This document shows positions 22,750 through 31,285 of a stretch of DNA of 33,358 nt, piece after piece; the first letter of the stretch is position 1, and each line of letters opens with the position of its first letter. Below the pieces are notes generated by a model. It ran no database searches, had not been told where the DNA came from, and saw only the letters and a list, made by a program, of their open reading frames with translations. The stretch covers positions 1 to 33,358 of the forward strand of contig SHMW01000048.1 of NCBI GenBank assembly GCA_008080735.1, given 5' to 3'. Both the position numbers and the translations under genes were made by a program. This DNA comes from Promethearchaeota archaeon. GTDB taxonomy: Archaea > Asgardarchaeota > Lokiarchaeia > Sigyniarchaeales > SOKP01.

Positions 22750-23985
22750 TTAATTGAATTGACATTTACTTCGTAAAAATTGCCCTAATTCTCGGTTCTT
22801 TTTGGAATATACCCATTTGATGTATTTTAGTGTAAGTCTCCCAGCATAGATATATGTTTTACCGGTTCTTCTTTGGTATTCTTCATTCCATCTATATTTT
22901 TCAGTGAGTCTGAAGAATTGTTGCAATTCCCTTTTATGATTTTTCCATAACCAATAAATAGACTTCCATAAAATCCCACCTTTTGGTTTAATAATGCTAT
23001 CATTTCCATAAACATCTAAATAATGCTTAATCGCTTTTTTCATCTCTTGAATGGTTTTTTCTTCCTTAGAATTTATAGATTTATCTTCATTTGGAGACTT
23101 CTTTTTATCTTCCCTTCCTAATAAGATATCTTTAAGTCTTCCTTCGAACATTTTTCCATCTAGTATCATTGCGATGGATTTTCTCTCTTCCTTATTTTCT
23201 CCGAGTTTATTTATAATAATATTTTCAATATTTTCCCTTAGATATTTTGGAGGCATCTTAGAAACAATATAGCAAAAATTCACGATTAATCTAGTTGAAA
23301 ATATTTTAGTCAATGAATAATCTTCAATCGCTTGTTTCCTTATTTGTCGAGCAGCATCAACCACTAATTCCGCTAAGGATTTTTTACAATTCGTTATTTT
23401 TGTTGCGATCTGTACTTCTTTTTGCTTTTCCGGATATTTAATTTCTGGGCACACAACGAAACGATCTTCAAAAGCAGATTGAAGTTGAGATACTCCAATA
23501 ACACCTTTATTCATTGTACCTATTATGATCAGTTTACTCTCAGAATTTAGTTCAAATTTTTCAAATCCTTTTGAAATTAGATTAATATGATTTTCAGAAA
23601 GGAGAGAATTCAGAGAAATTTGTTCACTATCTCTAATAGCATTTATTTCATTGATTATAATAAAGGATATTCCCTCCTCATTGGCTATTTGTATAGCTTG
23701 CGTTAACGGACCATAATTAAAAGTCGTCCCTCCTTGTATTAATTCCCAATATCCTTCAAGATCACGACGATCCAAATCAGGGGAGCCGTCAATAATGAAG
23801 TATTGAGAATTAAATCGTTTTGCCAAAGAAATAGCAAGAAGAGTTTTTCCGGTACCCGGAGGGCCATAAAGTAAAATCCCAGTACAGCTTCCTGGTTCGA
23901 CTGAATCAATTAGGGTATGAAGATAATCAAATTCATTTTCTTGTTGAATATAGGTTATACTCTTATTTTCTTTTGATGCTAACAT
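22750..23985 (-). CDS. MoxR-family AAA+ ATPase (CbbQ/NirQ/NorQ-like) with C-terminal extension
   Basis: Walker A GPPGTGKT, DLEG...GPLTQA, Walker B IIINEIN, sensor-1 GTMN, Arg finger AFEDRF and STR motif. Confidence 0.9.
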   Translation of the reverse strand: MLASKENKSITYIQQENEFDYLHTLIDSVEPGSCTGILLYGPPGTGKTLLAISLAKRFNSQYFIIDGSPDLDRRDLEGYWELIQGGTTFNYGPLTQAIQIANEEGISFIIINEINAIRDSEQISLNSLLSENHINLISKGFEKFELNSESKLIIIGTMNKGVIGVSQLQSAFEDRFVVCPEIKYPEKQKEVQIATKITNCKKSLAELVVDAARQIRKQAIEDYSLTKIFSTRLIVNFCYIVSKMPPKYLRENIENIIINKLGENKEERKSIAMILDGKMFEGRLKDILLGREDKKKSPNEDKSINSKEEKTIQEMKKAIKHYLDVYGNDSIIKPKGGILWKSIYWLWKNHKRELQQFFRLTEKYRWNEEYQRRTGKTYIYAGRLTLKYIKWVYSKKNRELGQFLRSKCQFN

Positions 23986-24171
23986 AATCTCTTTAACTTT
24001 AGTTTTATTTGATTTTCGAATATCAGATATATAAATAAGATTGATTAAACTGTCTTATGGTAATTTAAAGGATAATTCAATTCTTAGATGATTATATATG
24101 CATTTTTGATGAGATATAAAAACTACGAAGATAAAAAATTTCTAAAAATTAGGAGTAAAAAAAACTACCTG

Positions 24172-25533
24172 CTATCTTGTATTTAATATTCTCATCATCA
24201 AGAGAAAGAATTTTCGATATACTTTCCTAATGAGAGCGGAGTTGAATGAAATTCTGATTAATTTAAGGAATATGTGATCACGTGGTCTAAAAGTGCTCTT
24301 CTCTTCATCATAACTGACTGTTTTAATGGAAAAGTTTGGTTTAAATAGAGAGATGATCCATTCATAGGTAATAATCGCAATTATATCCCAAGCTCGTTCG
24401 ATATGATCATCTGGATAATTTAATTCTTCGCCTATTGCCATTCTCAAAATTTCAATTATATGAAATATATCGATTTTACTTCCCAAGAGTTCTCTCGTAG
24501 CCCATAATAGATAAATACATCCCCCACAATAAGAGACCAAAGCTTGAGCCCCCGTATTTTCGGCTTCCTCGAATTTTTTAATCCCCTCATAAATGATGTC
24601 AAAAGGTATTGATATGTTTCTTACCCACGAAGCTCCAGCCCCAAAACCACAGCATAATGAATCTTGTTTATTATGCTCCATTTCAACTATTCGACATCCA
24701 CATTTTTTGATAATCTCCCGGGGAGCCTTCCAATATTTTCCATTTGAAACTTTCGAATAACAGTTATCGTGAATTGTTACTATAAGATCTAACTTATTGT
24801 TTATGGTAAGTTCTCCTGAATTCAACATATTTAGCATCCAATCTTGAAAACTCTCAAATTCTTGGTGGTGATTCACTCCCATCTCTTTGGGATGGACTTC
24901 TTGATATATATACTGAACTGCATCTAAAGTTGCGACAATCTTTTTATTGCTCCATCTATCAAAATCTTCTTTTGTGTTTTGGGCAATTCTTTGGACAACA
25001 TCCAGAAAACCTCCTTGATATAGATAAGCCCCCCCTTCCCAATGATCTATGAGGTCTACGGGGGAAAAATATTCCAATAATTTACTTCCTCCAATTATAA
25101 AAGGAAAAAGATGAGTATAATTACCTATTAATAATATTGGTTTGTCTGGATCGGGTGTGTTATAAATCCAACGCAATATCCACCGTTTTTCAGTAGTTGA
25201 TAAAAATATATTTAACAATTGCCAAATATTTGGTTCTCTTGTCGGACAAACGAAGGTATAGAGCGAAGGAGCACCTCTAATAAAATACAAATCATTCCAG
25301 CGCTCAAGAATTAATTGATAGGGGTTTGCATCCTCAGGACAATAAATATTGCATGAAAAGCAAGTGTTGCATTTAAAAAGAACCTCGCTCGTCTCCTTTC
25401 CTTCGATTAATCTTTTTATTTCTGTTTTCGATTTATCAAGAGAATATTGTAGCACTGGACATTTATTCAAGCATATTCCGCATCTGGTACATGCATTTTC
25501 ATTAAATCCAGATACTCTTTTAGTCTCAACCAT
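24172..25533 (-). CDS. Fe-S oxidoreductase (4Fe-4S dicluster plus CCG domains, HdrD/GlpC-like); first CCG domain degenerate
   Basis: CTRCGICLNKCP and CNTCFSCNIYCP; second CCG domain HDNC...LCCG...CGGC intact. Confidence 0.88.
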   Translation of the reverse strand: MVETKRVSGFNENACTRCGICLNKCPVLQYSLDKSKTEIKRLIEGKETSEVLFKCNTCFSCNIYCPEDANPYQLILERWNDLYFIRGAPSLYTFVCPTREPNIWQLLNIFLSTTEKRWILRWIYNTPDPDKPILLIGNYTHLFPFIIGGSKLLEYFSPVDLIDHWEGGAYLYQGGFLDVVQRIAQNTKEDFDRWSNKKIVATLDAVQYIYQEVHPKEMGVNHHQEFESFQDWMLNMLNSGELTINNKLDLIVTIHDNCYSKVSNGKYWKAPREIIKKCGCRIVEMEHNKQDSLCCGFGAGASWVRNISIPFDIIYEGIKKFEEAENTGAQALVSYCGGCIYLLWATRELLGSKIDIFHIIEILRMAIGEELNYPDDHIERAWDIIAIITYEWIISLFKPNFSIKTVSYDEEKSTFRPRDHIFLKLIRISFNSALIRKVYRKFFLLMMRILNTR

Positions 25534-25601
25534 TTTTTATCATTTTCAATTGATTAAAAATTATATTAAGTGAAATAATGAAAAGAAAAATATTGATAAT
25601 T

Positions 25602-26879
25602 TTACCACGCCTCTTTATATTCGGGAGGATCCTCTGGGATTTCCGCAATCGTAAAGCGTTTTCTTGATAACATCTTTGGCATTTGATTTTTCATAATCCC
25701 CCAGAAAAAAGCATTTGCCCTTTCTTTCTTTATTGTGTCTGTTAAAGCGGGTTCTTCCCCCATAGCTTTTTGTATCAATTCGATTATATGATAAATTTTC
25801 ATATTTTTTCTAAAATACAATTTTTGAGCTGTAGTTAAGGTTGCTAAACAACCCGCACAATACACACAAATTGCATCTGCTCCCGTTTTTCTAAAATCTT
25901 TAAAATTTCTAAATGAAGAACGCATAATACTTAAAGGGCTATATGAAGAATCAACGGAAAATCCCCCGCCTATTCCACAACATCTCATATCTTCTCTACA
26001 CGCGTCAATTTCAATAATATCACATCCAATCGTTCTTAGTATTTTTCTGGGTAAATCCATATAGTCCTCGCCAAACATTTTAGCGTAGCACGATTCTTGA
26101 ATCGTCACAGTCAAATCTAGGGGGTTTTCTATTGAGATTTCTCCTTCCTTGATTTTGTCCCATAGGAATTGAATATAGGACTTGATTTCATTAAATTCAT
26201 AGGTTAAGCCGTAATGAGGGAGGATATTTCTAAATACATTGGTTCCAGCGGTGCATAACACTAAAAGATTTTTGGGCTTTAAAATGTTAAACCATTTATC
26301 CAAACGTGTAGTGACTTCTCTTAATTTATCTTCAAAACCCGTTCTAAAGAGAGTTTCACCACAACAATATTCCAATCTCCCACGTATTTCTAAATCTTTA
26401 AGAAATGAGGCTTGAGTCAACTCCGCAAAAGTTATAACATTACAACCAGGATAAGTTAGGGTATCTCCTTCTAACGGTTCTAAGCTAGCCCATTTTGCTA
26501 CTAGATCTTTTGTTTGATCTGGAAGATTTTCCATAACATAGCTGCGAAAGTTAGGATACTGAGGATAGTGGGTTATATAATATTTTGCTCTTTTTTTAAG
26601 TCCTTTATCTTTATATAATTCATTCCAACGTTGTAAAATTAGGCTTGCTGGATGAGCGTTTTCAGGACAATAGAAATTGCATGTAAAACAACTTTGGCAA
26701 TCCTCAAGGATTTTTTTCGTTGGATGTCCATTAATTAATTTTTTCATTTCCTTGATAGCTTCTTCCCGCGATAAATCGATTATTGGGCAATTTATGAGAC
26801 ATTCTGCGCATAAATGACATTTTTCTTCATCAAAAGGATCAAAAAAGCTGATATCGATTGGCTCTATTTTTTCTTTCAT
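25602..26879 (-). CDS. Fe-S oxidoreductase (4Fe-4S dicluster plus two CCG domains, HdrD/GlpC-like)
   Basis: CHLCAECLINCP and CQSCFTCNFYCP; YPGC...YCCGE...LCTAG; QESC...RCCG...CAGC. Confidence 0.88.
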   Translation of the reverse strand: MKEKIEPIDISFFDPFDEEKCHLCAECLINCPIIDLSREEAIKEMKKLINGHPTKKILEDCQSCFTCNFYCPENAHPASLILQRWNELYKDKGLKKRAKYYITHYPQYPNFRSYVMENLPDQTKDLVAKWASLEPLEGDTLTYPGCNVITFAELTQASFLKDLEIRGRLEYCCGETLFRTGFEDKLREVTTRLDKWFNILKPKNLLVLCTAGTNVFRNILPHYGLTYEFNEIKSYIQFLWDKIKEGEISIENPLDLTVTIQESCYAKMFGEDYMDLPRKILRTIGCDIIEIDACREDMRCCGIGGGFSVDSSYSPLSIMRSSFRNFKDFRKTGADAICVYCAGCLATLTTAQKLYFRKNMKIYHIIELIQKAMGEEPALTDTIKKERANAFFWGIMKNQMPKMLSRKRFTIAEIPEDPPEYKEAW

Positions 26880-27015
26880 TTTAATTCATTCATAAGGTAG
26901 CTTAATCTTAAGTTTTATCATTATATGACTAATTAGACAGTGAGAAATAAAAATTTTTAATTTTTATTCCTTCAATATCTTATATTTATATAAATTAATT
27001 TTCTTCCAGAAAAAT

Positions 27016-27831
27016 ATGAGTAAAGGATTTAAATTACTAAGATTGGAATATTTGTTCACTGTCTTGATTCCGCTGTTTATCGCTATCTATTTGAACGGTT
27101 ATGATATAATTGATAACATCGAAATAATTGGAGGATTTGCATTTTGGGCAATAACAGGTAATACATTAAATGATTTTAAAGATATGGATAATCCAAATGA
27201 TCAAGAAACTCAAGAGCGAATAGAAGGCTATTCAAAAAAGGAAATCGCAGTTTTGTCACTCGGGTCATTTATTTTGGGCAGCGCTTTGTTTTATTATCCT
27301 ATTTTGGATAATGTTTTTTTATTATTCTACATTAGTGCTACAGCTTTAATGGTGGTTCTATATTGTCTATTTTTAAAACCTATATTGGGAATAAATTGGA
27401 TTCTTTTGGGGGTTTCTCATATCTGGTTTCCCTACTTTATAATTAAATTAAATGTGTCTAATTCCAATATGCTATTTCCTACACTAGAGTTATTTGAATG
27501 GTTTTTCCTATCATCTGCCTCACTCGTGGCATTATCTGGTAATATCATTCATGAAGTTATAGATAATGACGCAATAACGAAATTGAATAATCGGAGCCAA
27601 CAAATAATTATCTGGGTGGTTTCATTATCTGCTATAAGCATTAGTATCTTCTCCATTGTGTTATTTCCCCTAGAACTATTTCTTTTTACTCCTGCTCTAA
27701 TCATTCCGTTGGGGGTTATATATATGGCACGTTCGAAAGAGAGACTCCCGCAAAATGCAACCTCGATTAAAGATATAGGTATTATAACCGGAAATCTTCT
27801 CTTAGCCTTTGTAGTTATTATTCTATTCTAA
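27016..27831 (+). CDS. UbiA prenyltransferase superfamily membrane protein (paralog A)
   Basis: LLR at the N-terminus, Asp-rich NTLNDFKD, second acidic motif HEVIDND and 8-9 TM segments. Confidence 0.72.
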   Translation: MSKGFKLLRLEYLFTVLIPLFIAIYLNGYDIIDNIEIIGGFAFWAITGNTLNDFKDMDNPNDQETQERIEGYSKKEIAVLSLGSFILGSALFYYPILDNVFLLFYISATALMVVLYCLFLKPILGINWILLGVSHIWFPYFIIKLNVSNSNMLFPTLELFEWFFLSSASLVALSGNIIHEVIDNDAITKLNNRSQQIIIWVVSLSAISISIFSIVLFPLELFLFTPALIIPLGVIYMARSKERLPQNATSIKDIGIITGNLLLAFVVIILF

Positions 27832-27862
27832 TATAATGGAAGACAAGGAGGATTTCCTTTTC

Positions 27863-28663
27863 TCAGATAACGTTCATAATAATTAGAGCTATAAAATAAA
27901 ACATAAGGAAATTTCCAATTAATATCCCCACATCTTTAACTCCTTGAGTAGATTCTGTAGGCCGCCTAAAAGTAAACATAGTCCCGAAAGGAACAAATAG
28001 AAAGGGAAAGAAGTAATAATCTTGAATAAGAGCAAACGCCCATCCGGCCAATATAATAGTCAAAATCGAAAATATCCAGATTACTATTTGGCATTGTCTT
28101 AAGCTCAAATGTTTACGAATCGCATCATTATCTATAACCTCGTGAACGATTTGTCCTAATACTGCAAAGCTAAAAAATGCTGTTAAGAAAATCAATTCTC
28201 CAAATTCAATTGAATAAAGGGCAGCGTCCACTTTGATCATGAAATATGGTAGTATTACATGTGAAATTGCCAAAAAGATTTGATTTATAATAGGAATTGG
28301 TTTAACCCATAAACAATAAGTTATTACCATAAAAATTATAATTCCCAGAAAAATTGCGTTAATATAATTCTCCAAACACGTTCTTAAAAGAAGAGTGATA
28401 CCAAAAATTAAACTTCCTAGTCCAATTGTGAAAATTTCTCTTGGATGATATCCTTCCACCCTTTTTAGTGTTTCTTTTTCTTCCGAATCTTTCATATCTA
28501 TTACATCATTCCAGGTGTTGCCAGTAATCGCAAGCAATCCAAAACCGAAGATAATATCAATGTATGCGAGCGGATTGATATTATTTAAATAAATTGCAAT
28601 CAGAAGTGGAGTGATTACACTGAATAGATAATCCAATCTTAATAGATCAATTCTTCTTACCAT
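27863..28663 (-). CDS. UbiA prenyltransferase superfamily membrane protein (paralog B)
   Basis: LLRLDYLF, NTWNDVID, HEVIDND and 8-9 TM segments; clearly paralogous to 27016..27831. Confidence 0.72.
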   Translation of the reverse strand: MVRRIDLLRLDYLFSVITPLLIAIYLNNINPLAYIDIIFGFGLLAITGNTWNDVIDMKDSEEKETLKRVEGYHPREIFTIGLGSLIFGITLLLRTCLENYINAIFLGIIIFMVITYCLWVKPIPIINQIFLAISHVILPYFMIKVDAALYSIEFGELIFLTAFFSFAVLGQIVHEVIDNDAIRKHLSLRQCQIVIWIFSILTIILAGWAFALIQDYYFFPFLFVPFGTMFTFRRPTESTQGVKDVGILIGNFLMFYFIALIIMNVI

Positions 28664-28853
28664 TGTCTAAAATTTTTTTAAGTATTACGAAAAGATATTT
28701 AGTTTTTGCTATAAATTTTATTAGATCAAATTTCAATTCAAGAGAAGATTGAGGCTTTAAGAGATTAACATACCATAATAAATAGATAATATTATATTTG
28801 TAAAACCTTACCTAGAAATTAAAGTTTTAATGTAAGAGTGAATTTTTGATTTT

Positions 28854-29267
28854 ATGCCAGATACAGAAAAGAATAAGAATGAGAATGGTTCTAAACTCTC
28901 ACTTGAATTGATTCCTTGTTCTCGATGTGGAAATCCTTTCTTTAGGGATCCGAACTCGGAGGGCGATGATGTATGCGAAAACTGTATCAAATTAGAACAG
29001 AGAAAGCGGCAGTTGCAATTGGGTGTTTTTGATAAAGTTATAGAAGTAGAAAATGCTATGGAACAAAGTATTAATGAAATGAAGAATCAATTAACAGTCT
29101 CACGAGGTAAATTTAACAAAGACTTTTTCTTAAAAAAGATCAAAAATCGCTCCCAAGCCCTCAATAAATCAATCGAACTTATCGAAAAAATAGAAGAGAC
29201 GAATGATGAAAAATATATTGAGGAGTATAAAGCTTTATTCGAAGAAATGAAAAAAAAATATTCGTAA
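28854..29267 (+). CDS. Hypothetical C4 zinc-finger plus coiled-coil protein
   Basis: CSRC-x15-CENC followed by a charged helical region. Confidence 0.7.
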   Translation: MPDTEKNKNENGSKLSLELIPCSRCGNPFFRDPNSEGDDVCENCIKLEQRKRQLQLGVFDKVIEVENAMEQSINEMKNQLTVSRGKFNKDFFLKKIKNRSQALNKSIELIEKIEETNDEKYIEEYKALFEEMKKKYS

Positions 29268-29458
29268 AAAATATCTTTTGTTATAATTATTAAATTTCTC
29301 CTTTTTGCTTAGAAATATAGCTAGCTAAAACATAGGAACTTCATTCCTCAACCCATTAATGGTTTTCTTTAAAATTTAAACCATAAGTTTTTAAGAGATT
29401 ATTAAGCATTTTTCATAGGGAAGCCGTCTAATAATAAAATTCCTAAAAACTCAGTTTC

Positions 29459-29466
29459 GAGTTGAT
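29459..29466 (+). promoter_or_regulatory. Putative Shine-Dalgarno GAGTTGAT for mscS
   Basis: 7/8 match to the archaeal SD GAGGTGAT, 5 nt before in-frame ATA 29472. Confidence 0.55.
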
Positions 29467-29471
29467 TATAA

Positions 29472-30326
29472 ATAGAATTTTTCGATTTTTTCTATTCTTT
29501 TGCAGAATGGTTTTTAGATAATATAGGGGCCTTTATATCCTCTTTAATTACTATTGCGATCGGATGGATAATAATATATATAGTTAAGAAGCAAATTAAA
29601 CGTCAACAAAGAAAAGAGAAGATTGATGAGTCCACTGCCAAAAATATGAATCGACTTTTTAAATTAGTGGTGTATATCATTGTCTTAACGATTGTTGCGA
29701 TTCAATTTGCGGAAACTTTAAGTCTATTTACTGGGTTAATAACCGTCTCAGCAGGTACAGTTATTGGATTCGCATCTATGAATACTTTGGGTAATCTTAT
29801 TGCGGGGATAATCATAATCGCCAGCAAACCATTCAAAGTAGGGGACAGAATTTATTTTCTAAATCGTATTGCGGATGTAATTGATATTAAGCTAATATAT
29901 ACATTATTGGAAGATATTGATGGTGTAAGAATCTCAATTCCGAATCAGAAGCTGATCAAGGAGGAAATTCAAAATTTTGGTAGCCACAAAATCCTTCGAA
30001 GGGAAATTTTTATTACTCCTGGATTTGATGTGGATCCAAGATTGGTAGAGAAAGCCTTGATAGAAGCCGCGGAAAAATTCGATAATATCCTTCAATATCC
30101 TCAACCACGGGTAGACGTATATGAGTTTCTTGACAATGCCGTTAAATATAGGCTAATTGTATTTATAAATAATAGTAAAATCATTCCAAGATTCGATTAT
30201 CAACTAAAGAAGGCGGTTTACTATACATGTGAAGATTATAAGATTGATATTCGAACTCCAGAATTGATAGAAATGAATGAAGCCAGATTTGATCAAGAAC
30301 CGTTTAATCCAAGGAAATCAGAATAA
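29472..30326 (+). CDS. mscS: Small-conductance mechanosensitive channel
   Basis: GFAS.NTLGNLIAGI, KPFKVGDRI and IPN motifs. The ORF track starts at 29646, but the frame is open back to ATA 29472 and encodes the otherwise missing TM1. Confidence 0.9.
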   Translation: MEFFDFFYSFAEWFLDNIGAFISSLITIAIGWIIIYIVKKQIKRQQRKEKIDESTAKNMNRLFKLVVYIIVLTIVAIQFAETLSLFTGLITVSAGTVIGFASMNTLGNLIAGIIIIASKPFKVGDRIYFLNRIADVIDIKLIYTLLEDIDGVRISIPNQKLIKEEIQNFGSHKILRREIFITPGFDVDPRLVEKALIEAAEKFDNILQYPQPRVDVYEFLDNAVKYRLIVFINNSKIIPRFDYQLKKAVYYTCEDYKIDIRTPELIEMNEARFDQEPFNPRKSE

Positions 30327-30382
30327 TTTGATCTCTAGTGTCGCTCAAATCTTTAGCAAAGGCTTTCCTCTTAAAGTTATAA

Positions 30383-31186
30383 TTAATTTTTTTCTAAAAT
30401 CATACCAATATTATACATTTTTCTAATCTTTCCTAATTTAACATTGAGTTTCATTATGAAGGCTAAAACATGGTTAATAACATTCCATATGAATCTGAAA
30501 AAGAGGTTTTGCATGTAGTTTTTTCGTAATCGAATGATGTTTTCTTCAGTTTTTTCGGGAAATTTTGCTTGAATTTCAGTGAGTTTGAATAAAGACCCAT
30601 AAACTCCAAATAAATTAACAATCCTCAAATTACTTTTTTCAAAAAGAGCTACTAATTTGTTTATTCCATATCTTCGAAAATGACCAATTAATCTATCTTG
30701 TGGAGTATATTTGTTCATATTATATGGAACAGTGACTATTATTTTCCCCTCTTTTTTTAATACTCTACTAAGCTCTCTAATAGCTTTATTATCATCTCTA
30801 ATGTGCTCAAGAACGTCCAAAATACATATTAAATCGACAGACTTATCTCTATATGGTAAATATTTAATATCCCCATTAATGGGATTTAGGTTATTAGTAT
30901 CGTGCTTTCCTACAATGGCAAAATAATCCAATTTATATTTTTGGCTATAATATTTTAATGGTTCTTCGGCTATGTCCAATAGACATGATTGAGTCACCCC
31001 ATTTAGAAATAATAAAAGTGAATTCCCAGAGCATCCTAAATCTAATGCAATTGGATATGTTTTACTAGATGGTAATTGCGTTTTTATAATGTCGAACTTA
31101 CACTTTATACCGGGTGAGATAAAATATTCTATGTAGGTTCTGAGTGAAAAATTCAAGTGTTTTTCATAAAATGTTCTTAAACTCAT
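30383..31186 (-). CDS. Class I SAM-dependent methyltransferase
   Basis: LDLGCSG, LPYRDKSVDLICILDVLEHI, RVLKKEG and DRLIGHFRRY. Confidence 0.88.
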   Translation of the reverse strand: MSLRTFYEKHLNFSLRTYIEYFISPGIKCKFDIIKTQLPSSKTYPIALDLGCSGNSLLLFLNGVTQSCLLDIAEEPLKYYSQKYKLDYFAIVGKHDTNNLNPINGDIKYLPYRDKSVDLICILDVLEHIRDDNKAIRELSRVLKKEGKIIVTVPYNMNKYTPQDRLIGHFRRYGINKLVALFEKSNLRIVNLFGVYGSLFKLTEIQAKFPEKTEENIIRLRKNYMQNLFFRFIWNVINHVLAFIMKLNVKLGKIRKMYNIGMILEKN

Positions 31187-31272
31187 AAATTCTCATAGGT
31201 ATGGTAATGATAATATCAATATACTTTTTATTATCCTTTCCATTACATAAAAATATATATTAAGAATTTCGA

Positions 31273-31280
31273 GAGATGAT
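31273..31280 (+). promoter_or_regulatory. Putative Shine-Dalgarno GAGATGAT for the paaK-like gene
   Basis: 7/8 match to GAGGTGAT, 5 nt before in-frame ACG 31286. Confidence 0.5.
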
Positions 31281-31285
31281 TTAAA

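Noticed and set aside
24172-26879. Calling the CCG proteins methanogenic heterodisulfide reductase HdrD
   Set aside because: No HdrE/HdrA or methanogenesis genes are nearby, and the CCG family includes many other oxidoreductases.
29281-29458. Possible decayed minus-strand gene remnant and small palindromes (CCATTAATGG at 29353-29362)
   Set aside because: Multiple stops, no recognisable family, and short palindromes are expected in AT-rich DNA.
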